Below, one piece after another: positions 9,769-20,519 of a stretch of 64,000 nt of DNA. The position numbers and the translations under genes were made by a program. Position 1 is the first letter of the stretch. The number at the start of each line of letters is the position of its first letter. A model generated the notes under the pieces. That model worked only from the letters and a program-made list of their open reading frames with translations. It did not search any database and was not told where the DNA came from. This stretch comes from Candidatus Latescibacterota bacterium (GTDB lineage: Bacteria > Latescibacterota > UBA2968), in assembly GCA_965205975.1 (NCBI GenBank), contig OZ242195.1, positions 5,472,001 to 5,536,000 on the forward strand. The letters are read 5' to 3'.

Positions 9769-10641
9769 TCACAAACTGATACGGCAAACGCTGTCTGATA
9801 GTGCCAATGCTTGGACAGTTTCTGCGACATCGTGAACTCTTACAATGTGTATTCCTGCTATTGCACCCAATGTAATGGCAGCGATGCTGCCCGGTAGGCG
9901 CTCGTGAGGCAGACTTTGTGGCGCAGTAAATTGCTTGCGCGATGCACCTATGAGAAGGGGATATCTCAGCGTGTGAAAATCGGATAGTCGGGCGAGTATT
10001 TCGATATTGTGCGCGTATTTTTTGCCAAATCCCAGTCCAGGATCAATTACAATCTGAGATCGGGAAATGCCCATCGCCCTTGCGCTATCGATTTGTGCGC
10101 TTAAAAAGTCGAGAATATCAGACACGACATCGACGTACACAGGGTTCTGTTGCATAGTTGAGGGCGTTCCCTGCATGTGCATCAGGACAACAGCAGCTCC
10201 CGTTTCTGCGATCAGATGCATCATGCCAGTGTCAAAACGCAGGGCACTGATGTCGTTGACAATGGTGGCGCCGTTGTCAATGGCCTGTCGGGCGACTTCG
10301 GATTTGGTTGTATCTATGGAGATGGGTACGTCGAGTTGTGGGGCAATAGCCTCAATAATGGGAATGGTGCGGTCCAGTTCTTCTTTTTGAGAGATAACGG
10401 TCGCCCCTTTGCCATAAGGCCCGGCTGGACGGGATGATTCACCCCCTATATCAATTATGTCGGCACCGGCTTCAACCAGTGCCCGTGCTCGTTCAATCGC
10501 TTTGCGCGGTTCAAAATAAAGGCCGCCGTCTGAGAACGAGTCTGGCGTGACATTGAGAACGCCCATCACGAGTGTTCGATGACCCAATTGAAGGGGTGTG
10601 CCACAGCATGAAAGCCGGTAAATAGGGCGTATGTGTTTCAT
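9769..10641 (-). CDS. folP: Dihydropteroate synthase
   Basis: MGVLNVTPDSFSDGG, DIGGESSRP, DPGLGFGK, SRK and RVHDV motifs. Confidence 0.96.
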   Translation of the reverse strand: MKHIRPIYRLSCCGTPLQLGHRTLVMGVLNVTPDSFSDGGLYFEPRKAIERARALVEAGADIIDIGGESSRPAGPYGKGATVISQKEELDRTIPIIEAIAPQLDVPISIDTTKSEVARQAIDNGATIVNDISALRFDTGMMHLIAETGAAVVLMHMQGTPSTMQQNPVYVDVVSDILDFLSAQIDSARAMGISRSQIVIDPGLGFGKKYAHNIEILARLSDFHTLRYPLLIGASRKQFTAPQSLPHERLPGSIAAITLGAIAGIHIVRVHDVAETVQALALSDSVCRISL

Positions 10642-10655
10642 TGGGACGGTGTAAG

Positions 10656-10688
10656 AAAAAAAGAGATGGCAAACGCCATCTCTTTTTT
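10656..10688. terminator. Intrinsic terminator-like hairpin after ftsH
   Basis: AAAAAAAGAGATGGC-aaac-GCCATCTCTTTTTT. Confidence 0.7.
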
Positions 10689-12813
10689 AGTTATCTGATG
10701 GCTGTTTTTCTTGTTCAGAGGTGTGCTTTTCCGAGGTTTGGTCTTCCTGTTCTTCTTCCGGTTTTTCTGGCTGTTTTGCAGGTTCAACTGGTTTTTCGAG
10801 TGTTTTGCCTTCTAATAACTGGTTGAGTTGTACATCGTCGAGGGTTTCAAATTCCAGCAGTGCTTTGGCGAGGATGTGGACTTTGTCGATGTTATCACTG
10901 AGCAATTGTTCCGCGCGAGACTCGGCTTTGATTACGAAGTTTTTGATTTCCTCATCGATCATTTCGGCCACTCTGTCGCTGTGATCTCTACGTTGTGCCA
11001 TTTCGCGCCCGAGGAATATTTCGTCGTTTTGCTGCCCATAAGCAATGGGACCCAGTTTGGGACTCATGCCCCAATCGCAAACCATTTGCCGGGCGAGATT
11101 GGTGGCCATGCGGTAGTCTTGTTGCCCGCCTGTTGTGATTTCGCCAAAGACGAGCTTTTCGGCAATTCTGCCACCCAGGGCGTAAGCGAGAACCGCTTCA
11201 CAATAACTCTGGGGATAAGTGTGGCGCTCATCGATGGGGAGGGTGTGTGTGACACCGAGGGCACGCCCGCGAGGGATGATGGTCACTTTGTGCAGAGGAT
11301 CGCTTTCTGGTATGAGTTTTGCTACCAGTGCGTGACCAATTTCGTGATAGGATGTGAGGCGTTTTTCTTTGTCGGAAATGACCAGGCTGCGTCGCTCTGC
11401 ACCCATCATGACTTTGTCTTTGGCATCTTCAAAGTCGTTCATGGTTACGCGGTCTCGATTATTTCTGGAAGCGAGAAGAGCGGCTTCGTTGACCAGGTTG
11501 GCGAGGTCTGCGCCTGCCAGTCCGGGGGTTCCTCGCGCCAGCACCTGTAAGTTGACGTCGTCGGAGAGGGGTGTGTTGCGGGTGTGGACTTTTAGAATGC
11601 CTTCGCGCCCTCTAATATCGGGACGATCCACCACGACCTGACGGTCGAAGCGCCCGGGTCGCAACAGCGCGGGGTCGAGCACATCGGGACGGTTGGTAGC
11701 TGCGATGAGGATGAGGCCCTCTTTGGATTCAAAACCATCCATTTCAACCAGGAGTTGATTGAGGGTTTGCTCGCGCTCGTCGTGACCGCCTCCAATACCT
11801 GCGCCGCGGTGCCGTCCCACGGCATCTATTTCGTCGATAAAGATGATACACGGGGCGTGATTTTTCCCCTGTTCAAAGAGATCGCGCACACGTGAAGCTC
11901 CCACGCCGACAAACATTTCGACAAAATCAGATCCGCTCATTAAAAAGAATGGGACACCCGCTTCGCCTGCGACGGCGCGTGCCATGTGCGTTTTGCCCGT
12001 GCCGGGGGGACCAACGAGGAGTACGCCTTTTGGAATGCGCCCACCCAGACGTTGAAATTTGCGCGGATCTTTCAGAAATTCGATGATTTCCTGTAGTTCT
12101 TGCTTGGCTTCTTCGGCGCCTGCAACGTCTTTGAATGTGATTGTTGCTTTATCTTCAGAGACGAGCTTGGCTTTGCTTTTGCCAAAGCTGAACGCACCTT
12201 TGGGACCTCCTTGCATCTGACGCAAAATAAAAAGCCAAAGCCCTATGAACAGGATCCACGGCAAAAAATTGAAAAATATGTTGAGCCAATTGGAGGGTTT
12301 TTGAAAGCGAAAGTCAACGCCGTATTTGAGCCATTCTTCGCGGGTCTGGGCATCTACAACGCCCAGGTCAACGACAAAATCGCGAAAGGTGTGCTGTTGT
12401 CTTCGCCCTGGCGGGGTAAGCTCTTCTGTGACGAGGTGGCCGTGAAATTCGTTATCAATAATGATCGCGCTCTGGATTTTTCCCTCTTCGAGGAGCATTT
12501 TGTACTCTTTATAGCTGAGTACGACATCGCTGGAAGGGGAATTGCCAAAAAATTTGGAAGCAAAAATGATAACCAGCAAAAAAAAGACCCAGAAAGCCAG
12601 TGGTTTTGAGATGCGCCGCCAGGGCCACTTGCCATTCTCCGTATCCCCCTTGCGATCAGGATTATCCCGATTGAGCACGGACAAGTTGGGGCGCCGCTCT
12701 TTTTTTTCTTCAGGCGCGTCCTCTTCGGGCTGTGTGGGAGTGCGATCAGGCGTCTCGTCGGATGACTGTGTTTCTTCATCCGGTTTCGAGTCCCTGTCTT
12801 TGGGGTCGGTCAT
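10687..12813 (-). CDS. ftsH: ATP-dependent zinc metalloprotease FtsH
   Basis: Two TM segments, Walker [26 protein letters not shown] and HEIGH; ATG at 12813 overlaps the tilS stop (ATGA). Confidence 0.98.
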   Translation of the reverse strand: MTDPKDRDSKPDEETQSSDETPDRTPTQPEEDAPEEKKERRPNLSVLNRDNPDRKGDTENGKWPWRRISKPLAFWVFFLLVIIFASKFFGNSPSSDVVLSYKEYKMLLEEGKIQSAIIIDNEFHGHLVTEELTPPGRRQQHTFRDFVVDLGVVDAQTREEWLKYGVDFRFQKPSNWLNIFFNFLPWILFIGLWLFILRQMQGGPKGAFSFGKSKAKLVSEDKATITFKDVAGAEEAKQELQEIIEFLKDPRKFQRLGGRIPKGVLLVGPPGTGKTHMARAVAGEAGVPFFLMSGSDFVEMFVGVGASRVRDLFEQGKNHAPCIIFIDEIDAVGRHRGAGIGGGHDEREQTLNQLLVEMDGFESKEGLILIAATNRPDVLDPALLRPGRFDRQVVVDRPDIRGREGILKVHTRNTPLSDDVNLQVLARGTPGLAGADLANLVNEAALLASRNNRDRVTMNDFEDAKDKVMMGAERRSLVISDKEKRLTSYHEIGHALVAKLIPESDPLHKVTIIPRGRALGVTHTLPIDERHTYPQSYCEAVLAYALGGRIAEKLVFGEITTGGQQDYRMATNLARQMVCDWGMSPKLGPIAYGQQNDEIFLGREMAQRRDHSDRVAEMIDEEIKNFVIKAESRAEQLLSDNIDKVHILAKALLEFETLDDVQLNQLLEGKTLEKPVEPAKQPEKPEEEQEDQTSEKHTSEQEKQPSDN

Positions 12814-14246
12814 AAATGCCTCTCTTCGCATTGTGTGATCACGCTACTATAGGTTGCTTTGAGCACGCGCCGAGTTGCTGGTGTGATGGGTGCAATTTGT
12901 GAGCGCCGAAGGCCAACGACCCACAAAATGGTCGCACCGCTCACCAGCAGTGGTATTTCGCCGCGTAGCGGGCGGGGTATTTTGCTATCGCCGAGCAGTC
13001 TGCTGACTTTTTTTTTCCCCTGCATGCCAAAAGGGTGAAACCAGTCGCCCGGTCTGGGTGAACGAAGATACAACGCCCGGTTGGGAAGTTGATCCAGGTC
13101 AAAAAAGACGGTGTGTTTCGCTGTTTTTGAACTACCGATACAGTTGTACACCGTTCGCAGGCGCTCACGGTTGACCCGGTTTAATATATTCATTGAGAAT
13201 TTGCCGTTGATATTGAGCGGCACATCGGGTTCAACCAAAAAGCAGTAAGCTCGGGCGGGTTGGGTTATAATAAGTGTGTCATTCGCGCGATAAGCTGAGA
13301 TTTCTGGCGTTATTTGAACGCTGTGTCCAGGAGTGGAAGAAATTTCGAGAATTCGTTCAACAACCTGGAAACGCGCGGCTTCGACACTGGCCTGGAGGGC
13401 AAAGAGCACCTTCCGAATCAGGCGACGCCGAAGTGATATATGATAACCGAAAAATCGCTTAACATCAAGGATAAATTTTCGATTGTCGCGGCACAGGAGG
13501 GTTTCCGAAAGTGCCTGTTCCGCAATGTTTTCGAGGTGTGCATCGTCATTTTGCAGCAGGGTTGCCGAACGTGAAAGCAGGTCTTCGATTTGAGGATTGT
13601 ATGCCTTTTGCAAGTGGGGTATCAGATCTGTGCGAATGCGATTGCGCAGAAATTTCGGATCGCTATTTGTCTCATCGCGCAGCACCTGCAAATTGTGGGT
13701 GCGTACATAAGATTCAATTTCCGATCTGGAAAATGAGAGCAGAGGACGAATCCAACATGATTCTGAAATTGGACGCATACCACCCAATCCGGTGAGTCCT
13801 GCACCTCGAACAAGGCGCAGCAGAACGGTTTCTGCTTGATCGCTTTTTGTATGGCCAAGCGCGATCCGGTTTGCACCAGTTTTCTGTTTTACGGCGTCGA
13901 GAAATGCCCGTCGTGCATCGCGCGCTGCTTCTTCGAGAGATTGCTTTTTATTTTTTGCCCGCTGCACAACATCTTCCTTTTCGATATAGATGGGATAATT
14001 TCGAGCGATTTGTTTGACAAACGCGACATCGCTTTCGGCATTGGGACGAAGTTGATGATTGAGATGCGCGATATAAAGTGTGAGGTGCCATTTTGCTTTG
14101 AGGCGGTGGAGAAGGTCGAATAAAGTAACGGAGTCGGGACCGCCAGACAGGGCTACGACCACCCCATCTCCTGATGTGAGAAGGCGTTCTTGTTGGATAT
14201 AGGCTTCAACGCGATGTAGAATATCCAGGGACATGCCGAGTTCCAT
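12810..14246 (-). CDS. tilS: tRNA(Ile)-lysidine synthetase
   Basis: SGGPDS PP-loop, HLNHQLR, DQAET, RN.IR and TilS_C motif ([10 protein letters not shown]...IP...R). Confidence 0.96.
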   Translation of the reverse strand: MELGMSLDILHRVEAYIQQERLLTSGDGVVVALSGGPDSVTLFDLLHRLKAKWHLTLYIAHLNHQLRPNAESDVAFVKQIARNYPIYIEKEDVVQRAKNKKQSLEEAARDARRAFLDAVKQKTGANRIALGHTKSDQAETVLLRLVRGAGLTGLGGMRPISESCWIRPLLSFSRSEIESYVRTHNLQVLRDETNSDPKFLRNRIRTDLIPHLQKAYNPQIEDLLSRSATLLQNDDAHLENIAEQALSETLLCRDNRKFILDVKRFFGYHISLRRRLIRKVLFALQASVEAARFQVVERILEISSTPGHSVQITPEISAYRANDTLIITQPARAYCFLVEPDVPLNINGKFSMNILNRVNRERLRTVYNCIGSSKTAKHTVFFDLDQLPNRALYLRSPRPGDWFHPFGMQGKKKVSRLLGDSKIPRPLRGEIPLLVSGATILWVVGLRRSQIAPITPATRRVLKATYSSVITQCEERHL

Positions 14247-14308
14247 TTTGCAAGTGTTTGGACGCGCGAATAGTGTCTAAAGTTTCTCGTATCACTTATG
14301 GTAAATAT

Positions 14309-14340
14309 AAAAAATCGGCTGTGAATTTACAGCCGATTTA
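14309..14340. terminator. Terminator hairpin (T-tract on the minus strand)
   Basis: AAAAATCGGCTGTG-aatt-TACAGCCGATTT downstream of the barrel gene. Confidence 0.6.
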
Positions 14341-14351
14341 TGCGCTTGTGA

Positions 14352-15884
14352 CTAAAAGTAGGTATTGAGGCGCATTTCCACGCCTTTGAAGGGGAGCACC
14401 AGATAGCAGGTCCCCGATGTACAGGCGGTGCCTCCGCGCCGCTCGCCCACAAAGAGGACGGCGTCGTAATGCGTGCCAAATCGCGCATTGAGGTTGAGAG
14501 ATACGAAGGTGCGGCTGCCCGTTTCGATGTCGAAAGTTTCTGGGCGGTCAACTTCAAAAGGGTCGGTTGTGTGATCGACGACAAGGGCTGCGCCAAAACC
14601 GCGCGCGTGTTGTGCAGAGAGCGCGCCATAAGTATTGGAAAAGTACGGGTCGTTTTCAAAATGGACGGCGCGCTGATATTGGAGGTCGAGGCCGAGAGTA
14701 TGACCTCGGTCGGTTGTGGTTTCAAAAATCGCGCCGCCCGTGCGGTGGCTGTCGATGCTTTCGATGTCGTCTTTGCCCCAGTTAAAGAAGAAGGTGGCGG
14801 TCAGATTGTCAAATTTGTACAGATCAAAAGAGAAATGTCTTTCTTTGAAAAAGGTCTGTATCGTCGGAGCCAAATCATTGCGTGCGTGACTGATATTGAC
14901 CGTGAAATTGCCCAGGCTCAGTTGCGTATAAGTGCCTTCGATCTGATAGCCCTTTTCGCTGGCGAGTAGCAGTACATGTGTGTTGCGGTTGAGCAAAGAG
15001 GCGGTGTGTTCGCGGACGAGAGATGGGGGATCATTGAAGTGGAGGTGCATGTTGTCGTAATCTTTGTATTCAACACTCAACCCCAGATTGTTCCAGCCCA
15101 TATTGCCCGATAAGTAGAGGGCAGCTCCTTTTTCGTCGTCTCGCCGTGCATATTCGCCTTCGCGTTGCGCGTATTCGCCGTAGAAGCTGCCGTAGAGACC
15201 GGCTTTTTGCAGGATATTAGAAAGGTCGAGATCGGCAAAACCAGACCAGGCCCAATTTTTGTCGATGAGGGAATCTCTGGGGGTGATGTGAACGCCCGTG
15301 CTGCCAATTTTGAGGTTGGGATTGAGTCTGACGGCGAGTTGGCCTCCTGTGGCCCAATCTCCGCGACGGGAAACACTGCGTGGCGGGGTGCCGGATTTGG
15401 CACCTGGGGGAATATCGCTGAGTGCTGATCGACCGATGAGTGCTCTGGCTTCTACGCGATTGCCAGTCCATGAGGCTGTCGCGCCCTCGAGGTCCTGAGC
15501 CGGGGCATAGCGCAGGCGATAAATGGGGCTTTCGAGCACGACGCCGGGCAGTTCAAATGCGCGAAGTGTGAGGCCCCGTCCGAGAATTGCATAGTAATTG
15601 CCGATTTCCACATTCGCAGCACCATGGTTCCACCGTGCGTATTTTTGTGTGATTTGATACGTTTCGCGGTCCGCCCCCCAGGTGTTATAAACTTCTGCTC
15701 TTAAACCGGCCTGCAAGCCCTTTTGCGTAAAGTCGAGATTCAACTGGTTATAGGCTGTGGAGATGGCGGTGGAGTCAGATCCCGGTATTTCACCACGTTG
15801 CATTTCCGTCAATCCAGTGACGGTAATTTGTGCAGAAATGGGGGCTGAGAAGAGCAGGACGAGGAGCAGGCTACTTGCTTTCAT
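14352..15884 (-). CDS. Outer-membrane beta-barrel protein (DUF6029-like)
   Basis: Signal peptide; GNYYAILGRGLTLR, EYKDY and C-terminal RRGG.AC.SG.C..V..F.G motifs; terminal Phe. Confidence 0.7.
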   Translation of the reverse strand: MKASSLLLVLLFSAPISAQITVTGLTEMQRGEIPGSDSTAISTAYNQLNLDFTQKGLQAGLRAEVYNTWGADRETYQITQKYARWNHGAANVEIGNYYAILGRGLTLRAFELPGVVLESPIYRLRYAPAQDLEGATASWTGNRVEARALIGRSALSDIPPGAKSGTPPRSVSRRGDWATGGQLAVRLNPNLKIGSTGVHITPRDSLIDKNWAWSGFADLDLSNILQKAGLYGSFYGEYAQREGEYARRDDEKGAALYLSGNMGWNNLGLSVEYKDYDNMHLHFNDPPSLVREHTASLLNRNTHVLLLASEKGYQIEGTYTQLSLGNFTVNISHARNDLAPTIQTFFKERHFSFDLYKFDNLTATFFFNWGKDDIESIDSHRTGGAIFETTTDRGHTLGLDLQYQRAVHFENDPYFSNTYGALSAQHARGFGAALVVDHTTDPFEVDRPETFDIETGSRTFVSLNLNARFGTHYDAVLFVGERRGGTACTSGTCYLVLPFKGVEMRLNTYF

Positions 15885-16407
15885 CTGGCGTTTCCTTTTT
15901 TTCCGATGCTTCTTTTTTCTCTAATACTTTCTTTTCGGGTAATAGGATTTCTAAAGCGTCGATGATGGCCTTCCCATCGGATAGACCTGCCTCTCGCAAT
16001 ACAATTTCTTTGTCTGGCGCAATGAGGATTGTGGTGGGCAGGGCGCGAACTTGCATGCGTTTCATAACCGATCCATCGGCGTCAATGGCGATTGGGAATG
16101 TGATGTTGCGTCCTCGCAAAAATGGGCGAATGCGGTTTTGACCACGGGGTCCATCTTCGTTGACGCCGAGAACGGTGAGTCCCCTGTCGGCGTATTTGGC
16201 GTGGATTTCTTCGAGCTTGGGCATTGCTTTGATGCAGGGTTTGCACCATGTGGCCCAGAAGTCGAGTAACACAGGACCCTTTTCGAGGAGGGCGGTTAAT
16301 TGTACCCGCTCGCCACTGAGGCCCGGCAGGTTGAAATCTGGTGCTTCAGTTGCGCGGGCAGATGATGCGATGATAAGGCAGAGCCATAATGGGAGAATTT
16401 TTTTCAT
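15871..16407 (-). CDS. TlpA/ResA-family thiol-disulfide oxidoreductase
   Basis: Signal peptide, APDF.L, DFWATWCKPC and LPTT motifs. Confidence 0.9.
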   Translation of the reverse strand: MKKILPLWLCLIIASSARATEAPDFNLPGLSGERVQLTALLEKGPVLLDFWATWCKPCIKAMPKLEEIHAKYADRGLTVLGVNEDGPRGQNRIRPFLRGRNITFPIAIDADGSVMKRMQVRALPTTILIAPDKEIVLREAGLSDGKAIIDALEILLPEKKVLEKKEASEKKETPDESK

Positions 16408-16622
16408 GAGATTACCTCGTGGAGATTAGGGATTAGAAATGAGTCTATCTTTCAGATATTATACGTAGAGGCAGTGCCTATGTTCCCACTTGTTATAGGA
16501 CGGGCAGCTAATATAAAATATAACAAAGAGGGTTAAAAAACAATGGTGTAAAGGTGGAATGTAGAGTTATTTTATTTTCCCCATCAGATCAGAGAATACT
16601 GCAAAAATCCGGGAGAATGAAC

Positions 16623-17855
16623 ATGCGCTCGCTTCATGTGCAAATCTTCATCGCGTTGCTTCTCGGCGCAATAAGTGGAATGCTGTTAGGTGAATCCGTT
16701 CTTCACTTCGCCTTTTTGGGGACCCTTTTCCTCAAGGGTCTTAAAATGATTATCGTCCCCTTGATCTTCACTTCTATTGTTTCCGGAGTGGTCGGCATAG
16801 GCCAGGTCGGTCATTTTGGCCGCCTGAGTGCTCAGACTTTTACCTATTATTTGAGCTCCAGCCTGTTGTCCATTATTACCGGCCTGATCTTGGTCAATGC
16901 CATAAGTCCAGGCAAGGGGGCACAGTTGCGTTTGCAAGCTCCTCCTGAACAACTTGCCGATTCCATAGCTCAATTCGGCGACGGTCCCAAAGCCGCCCTT
17001 GAGCGGTTGTTGTTGGATATGGTGCCAGATAATGTATTCAAGGCCATGGCCGAGGGACAGATCTTGCCCGTGATCGTCTTTTGCTTTCTTCTCGGTTTTG
17101 CCATTATCCGCTTATCTGATCCGCACCAGAAGCGTCTGCGTGGGTTTTTCCAATCGGCTTTCGAATCCATGATGCAATTGACTCATTTTATTATTCTCCT
17201 GGCACCCATCGGCATTTTTGCCCTGGTCGCCAAAGTCGTTGGCACCACCGGTCTGTCGATTTTTGTCGATTTGGGGCTGTACGTCCTCACTGTCTTTGTT
17301 GGTCTGGTCGTTCACGCGGCGATTATTCTGCCGCTGGTACTCTATTTTTGGGGTGGCATATCGCCTCTGGCTCTCTTTCGCGCCATGATTCCGGCTCTTC
17401 TCACCGCTTTTTCTACTACTTCTTCTTCGGCGACTTTGCCCATTACCATTGACTCGCTGGAACAACGCGCTGGCGTTTCCAACCGCACCACCAGTTTTGT
17501 CGCGCCGCTGGGTGCTACCATCAATATGGATGGTACAGCCCTGTTCGAATGTGTCGCCGCCCTGTTTATTGCTCAAGCCTATGGGATTGATCTGGGCTTT
17601 ACCCAGCAATTCCTGGTGGTTCTTACCGCTTTGTTGGCCTCCATCGGCGCGGCCGGTATTCCTATGACGGGTCTGGTGATGCTTTCTATTGTTCTATCCT
17701 CTGTGGGTGTGCCCCTGGAGGGGATCGGCCTGATCATAGCTGTGGATCGCATCCTGGACATGTTTCGCACCACCGTCAATGTTTGGAGCGATTCGTGTGG
17801 CACTGCCCTGATAGCCCGCCATCAGGGTGAAAAATTAGATATTACTAAACACTGA
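16623..17855 (+). CDS. Dicarboxylate/amino acid:cation symporter (DAACS/GltP family)
   Basis: TTSSSATLP, GATINMDGTA and DRILDMFRTTVNV motifs; GGGAGA RBS. Confidence 0.93.
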   Translation: MRSLHVQIFIALLLGAISGMLLGESVLHFAFLGTLFLKGLKMIIVPLIFTSIVSGVVGIGQVGHFGRLSAQTFTYYLSSSLLSIITGLILVNAISPGKGAQLRLQAPPEQLADSIAQFGDGPKAALERLLLDMVPDNVFKAMAEGQILPVIVFCFLLGFAIIRLSDPHQKRLRGFFQSAFESMMQLTHFIILLAPIGIFALVAKVVGTTGLSIFVDLGLYVLTVFVGLVVHAAIILPLVLYFWGGISPLALFRAMIPALLTAFSTTSSSATLPITIDSLEQRAGVSNRTTSFVAPLGATINMDGTALFECVAALFIAQAYGIDLGFTQQFLVVLTALLASIGAAGIPMTGLVMLSIVLSSVGVPLEGIGLIIAVDRILDMFRTTVNVWSDSCGTALIARHQGEKLDITKH

Positions 17856-17878
17856 CATTTACTTATTGGAGGTTTGTT

Positions 17879-18928
17879 ATGGTTTCGATAGGTATTATTG
17901 GGTTGGGATTTATGGGTATGACACATTACCGGGGGATTCAGAGGGTGCGCGGGGGCAGTGTGGCTGCGATATGTACGCGCAGTTCCAAGAAACGGGCGGG
18001 AGATTGGCGGGGTTTGGGAGGCAATTTTGGAGAGCCAGGGGGTGTGGAAGATCTTTCGGGTATTCGCACGTATGAGAAGATTGATGATTTGCTATCAGAC
18101 GATTCCATTGATCTGGTCGATATTTGTTTGCCGACGTCGCAACACTGCGAGGTTGCAATTGCTGCGATGCGCGCGGGTAAACATGTGCTGGTCGAAAAGC
18201 CCATTGCGCTGAGTCTGGAGGATGCTGACCGCATGGTGCGAGTCTCCGAACAGACGGGAAGGTTGATGATGGTGGCACAGGTTTTGCCCTTTTTCCCCGA
18301 GTTTGCCTATCTCAAGCAGGTGGTCGATGGCGGGGAATACGGCAATGTGCTCGGTGCGCATTTTAAGCGCGTTATTTCGCAGCCGAATTGGACGACTGCC
18401 TTTGCCAATATGGAAAAGAGCGGGGGTCCGGGCGTCGATTTGCATATTCACGATACGCACTATATCCTGGTATTGCTCGGTCGGCCAGATCGGGTGGTGT
18501 CTTCGGGGAGGCTGGTACGAGACCGGTATGTGGAATATATTTCGACGAGTTATCAATACGATAGCCAGCCCGAATTGTGCGTGACGTGTGCTTCTGGTGC
18601 TATTTCTCAGCAGGGCAGGGCGTTTACACACGGGTATGAGGTTTATATGGAGCGGGCTACGGTGCTTTACGAGTTTTCGACTCTGGGCGGGAAGCCGGTT
18701 GTGACGATGCCCGTGACCTTGCTGACGGATGACGGTGAGGTGCGAGAACCTGATTTGGGCGATGCCGATCCCGTGGTGGCATTTGCCAACGAGATTCAAG
18801 CCGCGGTAGATGCTGTGGAAAGCGGGGAGGTCGCCAGAGCAATTTCTGGTGAAAGTGCTGCCGATGCGCTGCGTCTGTGTTTTAAGGAGGTCGAGTCGGT
18901 AAGACGCAGGCAGGCAGTGGCGGTATGA
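17879..18928 (+). CDS. Gfo/Idh/MocA oxidoreductase
   Basis: GLGFMG, GKHVLVEKP and DLHIHD motifs. Confidence 0.9.
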   Translation: MVSIGIIGLGFMGMTHYRGIQRVRGGSVAAICTRSSKKRAGDWRGLGGNFGEPGGVEDLSGIRTYEKIDDLLSDDSIDLVDICLPTSQHCEVAIAAMRAGKHVLVEKPIALSLEDADRMVRVSEQTGRLMMVAQVLPFFPEFAYLKQVVDGGEYGNVLGAHFKRVISQPNWTTAFANMEKSGGPGVDLHIHDTHYILVLLGRPDRVVSSGRLVRDRYVEYISTSYQYDSQPELCVTCASGAISQQGRAFTHGYEVYMERATVLYEFSTLGGKPVVTMPVTLLTDDGEVREPDLGDADPVVAFANEIQAAVDAVESGEVARAISGESAADALRLCFKEVESVRRRQAVAV

Positions 18929-19011
18929 AGAACGGCGAGTGCCACATCGGTAACAAAAAAATAGGGCGAACGCACAGGTCCGCCCTTACGATTTGACTAT
19001 CGCTTATACTT

Positions 19012-20475
19012 TCAACGCATTCTCACCTCTGCAACAGGTGTTCCCGCTGCCCCATCGAGCATGAGACTGTTCGCTCTGGCAAGGGTGGCTGATATGTTTT
19101 CGAGGCTTTGGCCGTCGAAGGATTGACCGCCAATGATTTTGGGACTGACGATGAGTGCCTGGCCGGCAGATTGATCGAATAGCGCGAATGTCACGTTGCT
19201 GCCATAGCGCGCCATAGCACTTATGGTGTCGTGAAATTGGGAGATGGTCTGGGTAGAGACATCGCCGGCTTTCATTTCGATAAAGACAATATCGGGAAGT
19301 GCGGCTTCCATGGCTTTTTGCGCGACCTCGGTGATGAATGCGCTGCCGAGTTTGCGGCTTTCTTCGCTGTCCATCAATACGCCGGATACCAGTCGCCCAA
19401 ACGCCTCATCTTTGATGACTTTTTTGAGTTTGAGAGCTTCCGGGGTCAGCTTGGGTTTGACTATGCGGTCGATATATCGTTGCGATTTGCCCTGTTTTAT
19501 GGCTGTGCCGAGTTGTTCTTCTATGGTGCCTGCGATTTTTTCGAGGCTGGGTGCGTTGACGGCAGAAGGGCTGTATCTGGTACCATAGCCCTTGGTTTTG
19601 CTAACTATGGGGGGGATTTCTTTTTCCCCGGACTGATAGAAAGCCAATGTGCGCGTATGGGTTTTGTCCTCAACGGCTTTGTTGTGGTGTTCAAATAGAG
19701 AAGGGACTTTGAGATTTTTGCCTTTGATTGCATTGGGTGAAGCCGTTTGAACGGTGGTCATCCAATCGCGCGATTTTTTGCCGTAGTCGATATTGTTAAA
19801 TAATGCCCCTCTGTACGTCAGATAGGCGGGGATATTCGATCCGGGGCTCGATCCAGTGATCGCAATGATGACTACGCCTTTGGGCAAGCCCTGGTCTGGT
19901 AGGACAAAAGATTCGAAAGCGTGTTCGATCATGGCGTATTGAGCAGGTGTAAAGTCGGTGATATTCAGACTGGGCCCTCCGCGTCCACCGCCACCACCGC
20001 GTGCTCCTTGCCCTCGTCGGCCCCCCTGTCCACCACCGCGTGCTCCTTGCCCTTGCCCTTGCCCCCGGCGTCCCTGTCTGCCGCCCTGCAGTGCCTGAAA
20101 TTCGCGCAAGATATTGCCGAATACCGCGTTAAATTCCTGGCGATCGGTGTTGAGGATTTTGCGAAAAAAGAGTTCGAGTTGCTGGTGGCGAACAGGAAAC
20201 AGATCGTCCCATTTTTTAGCCTGATCGAGTATATACATCTGTATGGGGGCTGGCATTTGGTTGAGAATCTGCGCGTTGGCTTCGAGGAGTTTTTGGGCAT
20301 CCCAGGGGTATTCGGCAAATTGTCCGCGTTGCTGGGGACGCAAATCTGTTTGTCCACCGCCACCACCGCCACCACCGCGTCCACCACCACCGCGCTGTGC
20401 GTAAATATCTGACAGGTCTAAGGCGCATAATGCCGCGCCTATAAGTAAGATCGATATCCATCTTGAAGGTCGCAT
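19012..20475 (-). CDS. Secreted hypothetical protein with Gly/Arg/Gln-rich low-complexity tracts
   Basis: GGAGG RBS before MRPSRW, signal peptide, and QRGGGGRGGGGGGGG and GQGARGGG repeats. Confidence 0.7.
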   Translation of the reverse strand: MRPSRWISILLIGAALCALDLSDIYAQRGGGGRGGGGGGGGQTDLRPQQRGQFAEYPWDAQKLLEANAQILNQMPAPIQMYILDQAKKWDDLFPVRHQQLELFFRKILNTDRQEFNAVFGNILREFQALQGGRQGRRGQGQGQGARGGGQGGRRGQGARGGGGGRGGPSLNITDFTPAQYAMIEHAFESFVLPDQGLPKGVVIIAITGSSPGSNIPAYLTYRGALFNNIDYGKKSRDWMTTVQTASPNAIKGKNLKVPSLFEHHNKAVEDKTHTRTLAFYQSGEKEIPPIVSKTKGYGTRYSPSAVNAPSLEKIAGTIEEQLGTAIKQGKSQRYIDRIVKPKLTPEALKLKKVIKDEAFGRLVSGVLMDSEESRKLGSAFITEVAQKAMEAALPDIVFIEMKAGDVSTQTISQFHDTISAMARYGSNVTFALFDQSAGQALIVSPKIIGGQSFDGQSLENISATLARANSLMLDGAAGTPVAEVRMR

Positions 20476-20519
20476 GATTGCCTCCCGTGTGAAGAGATGA
20501 CGCGTTTTCATACATCGTT

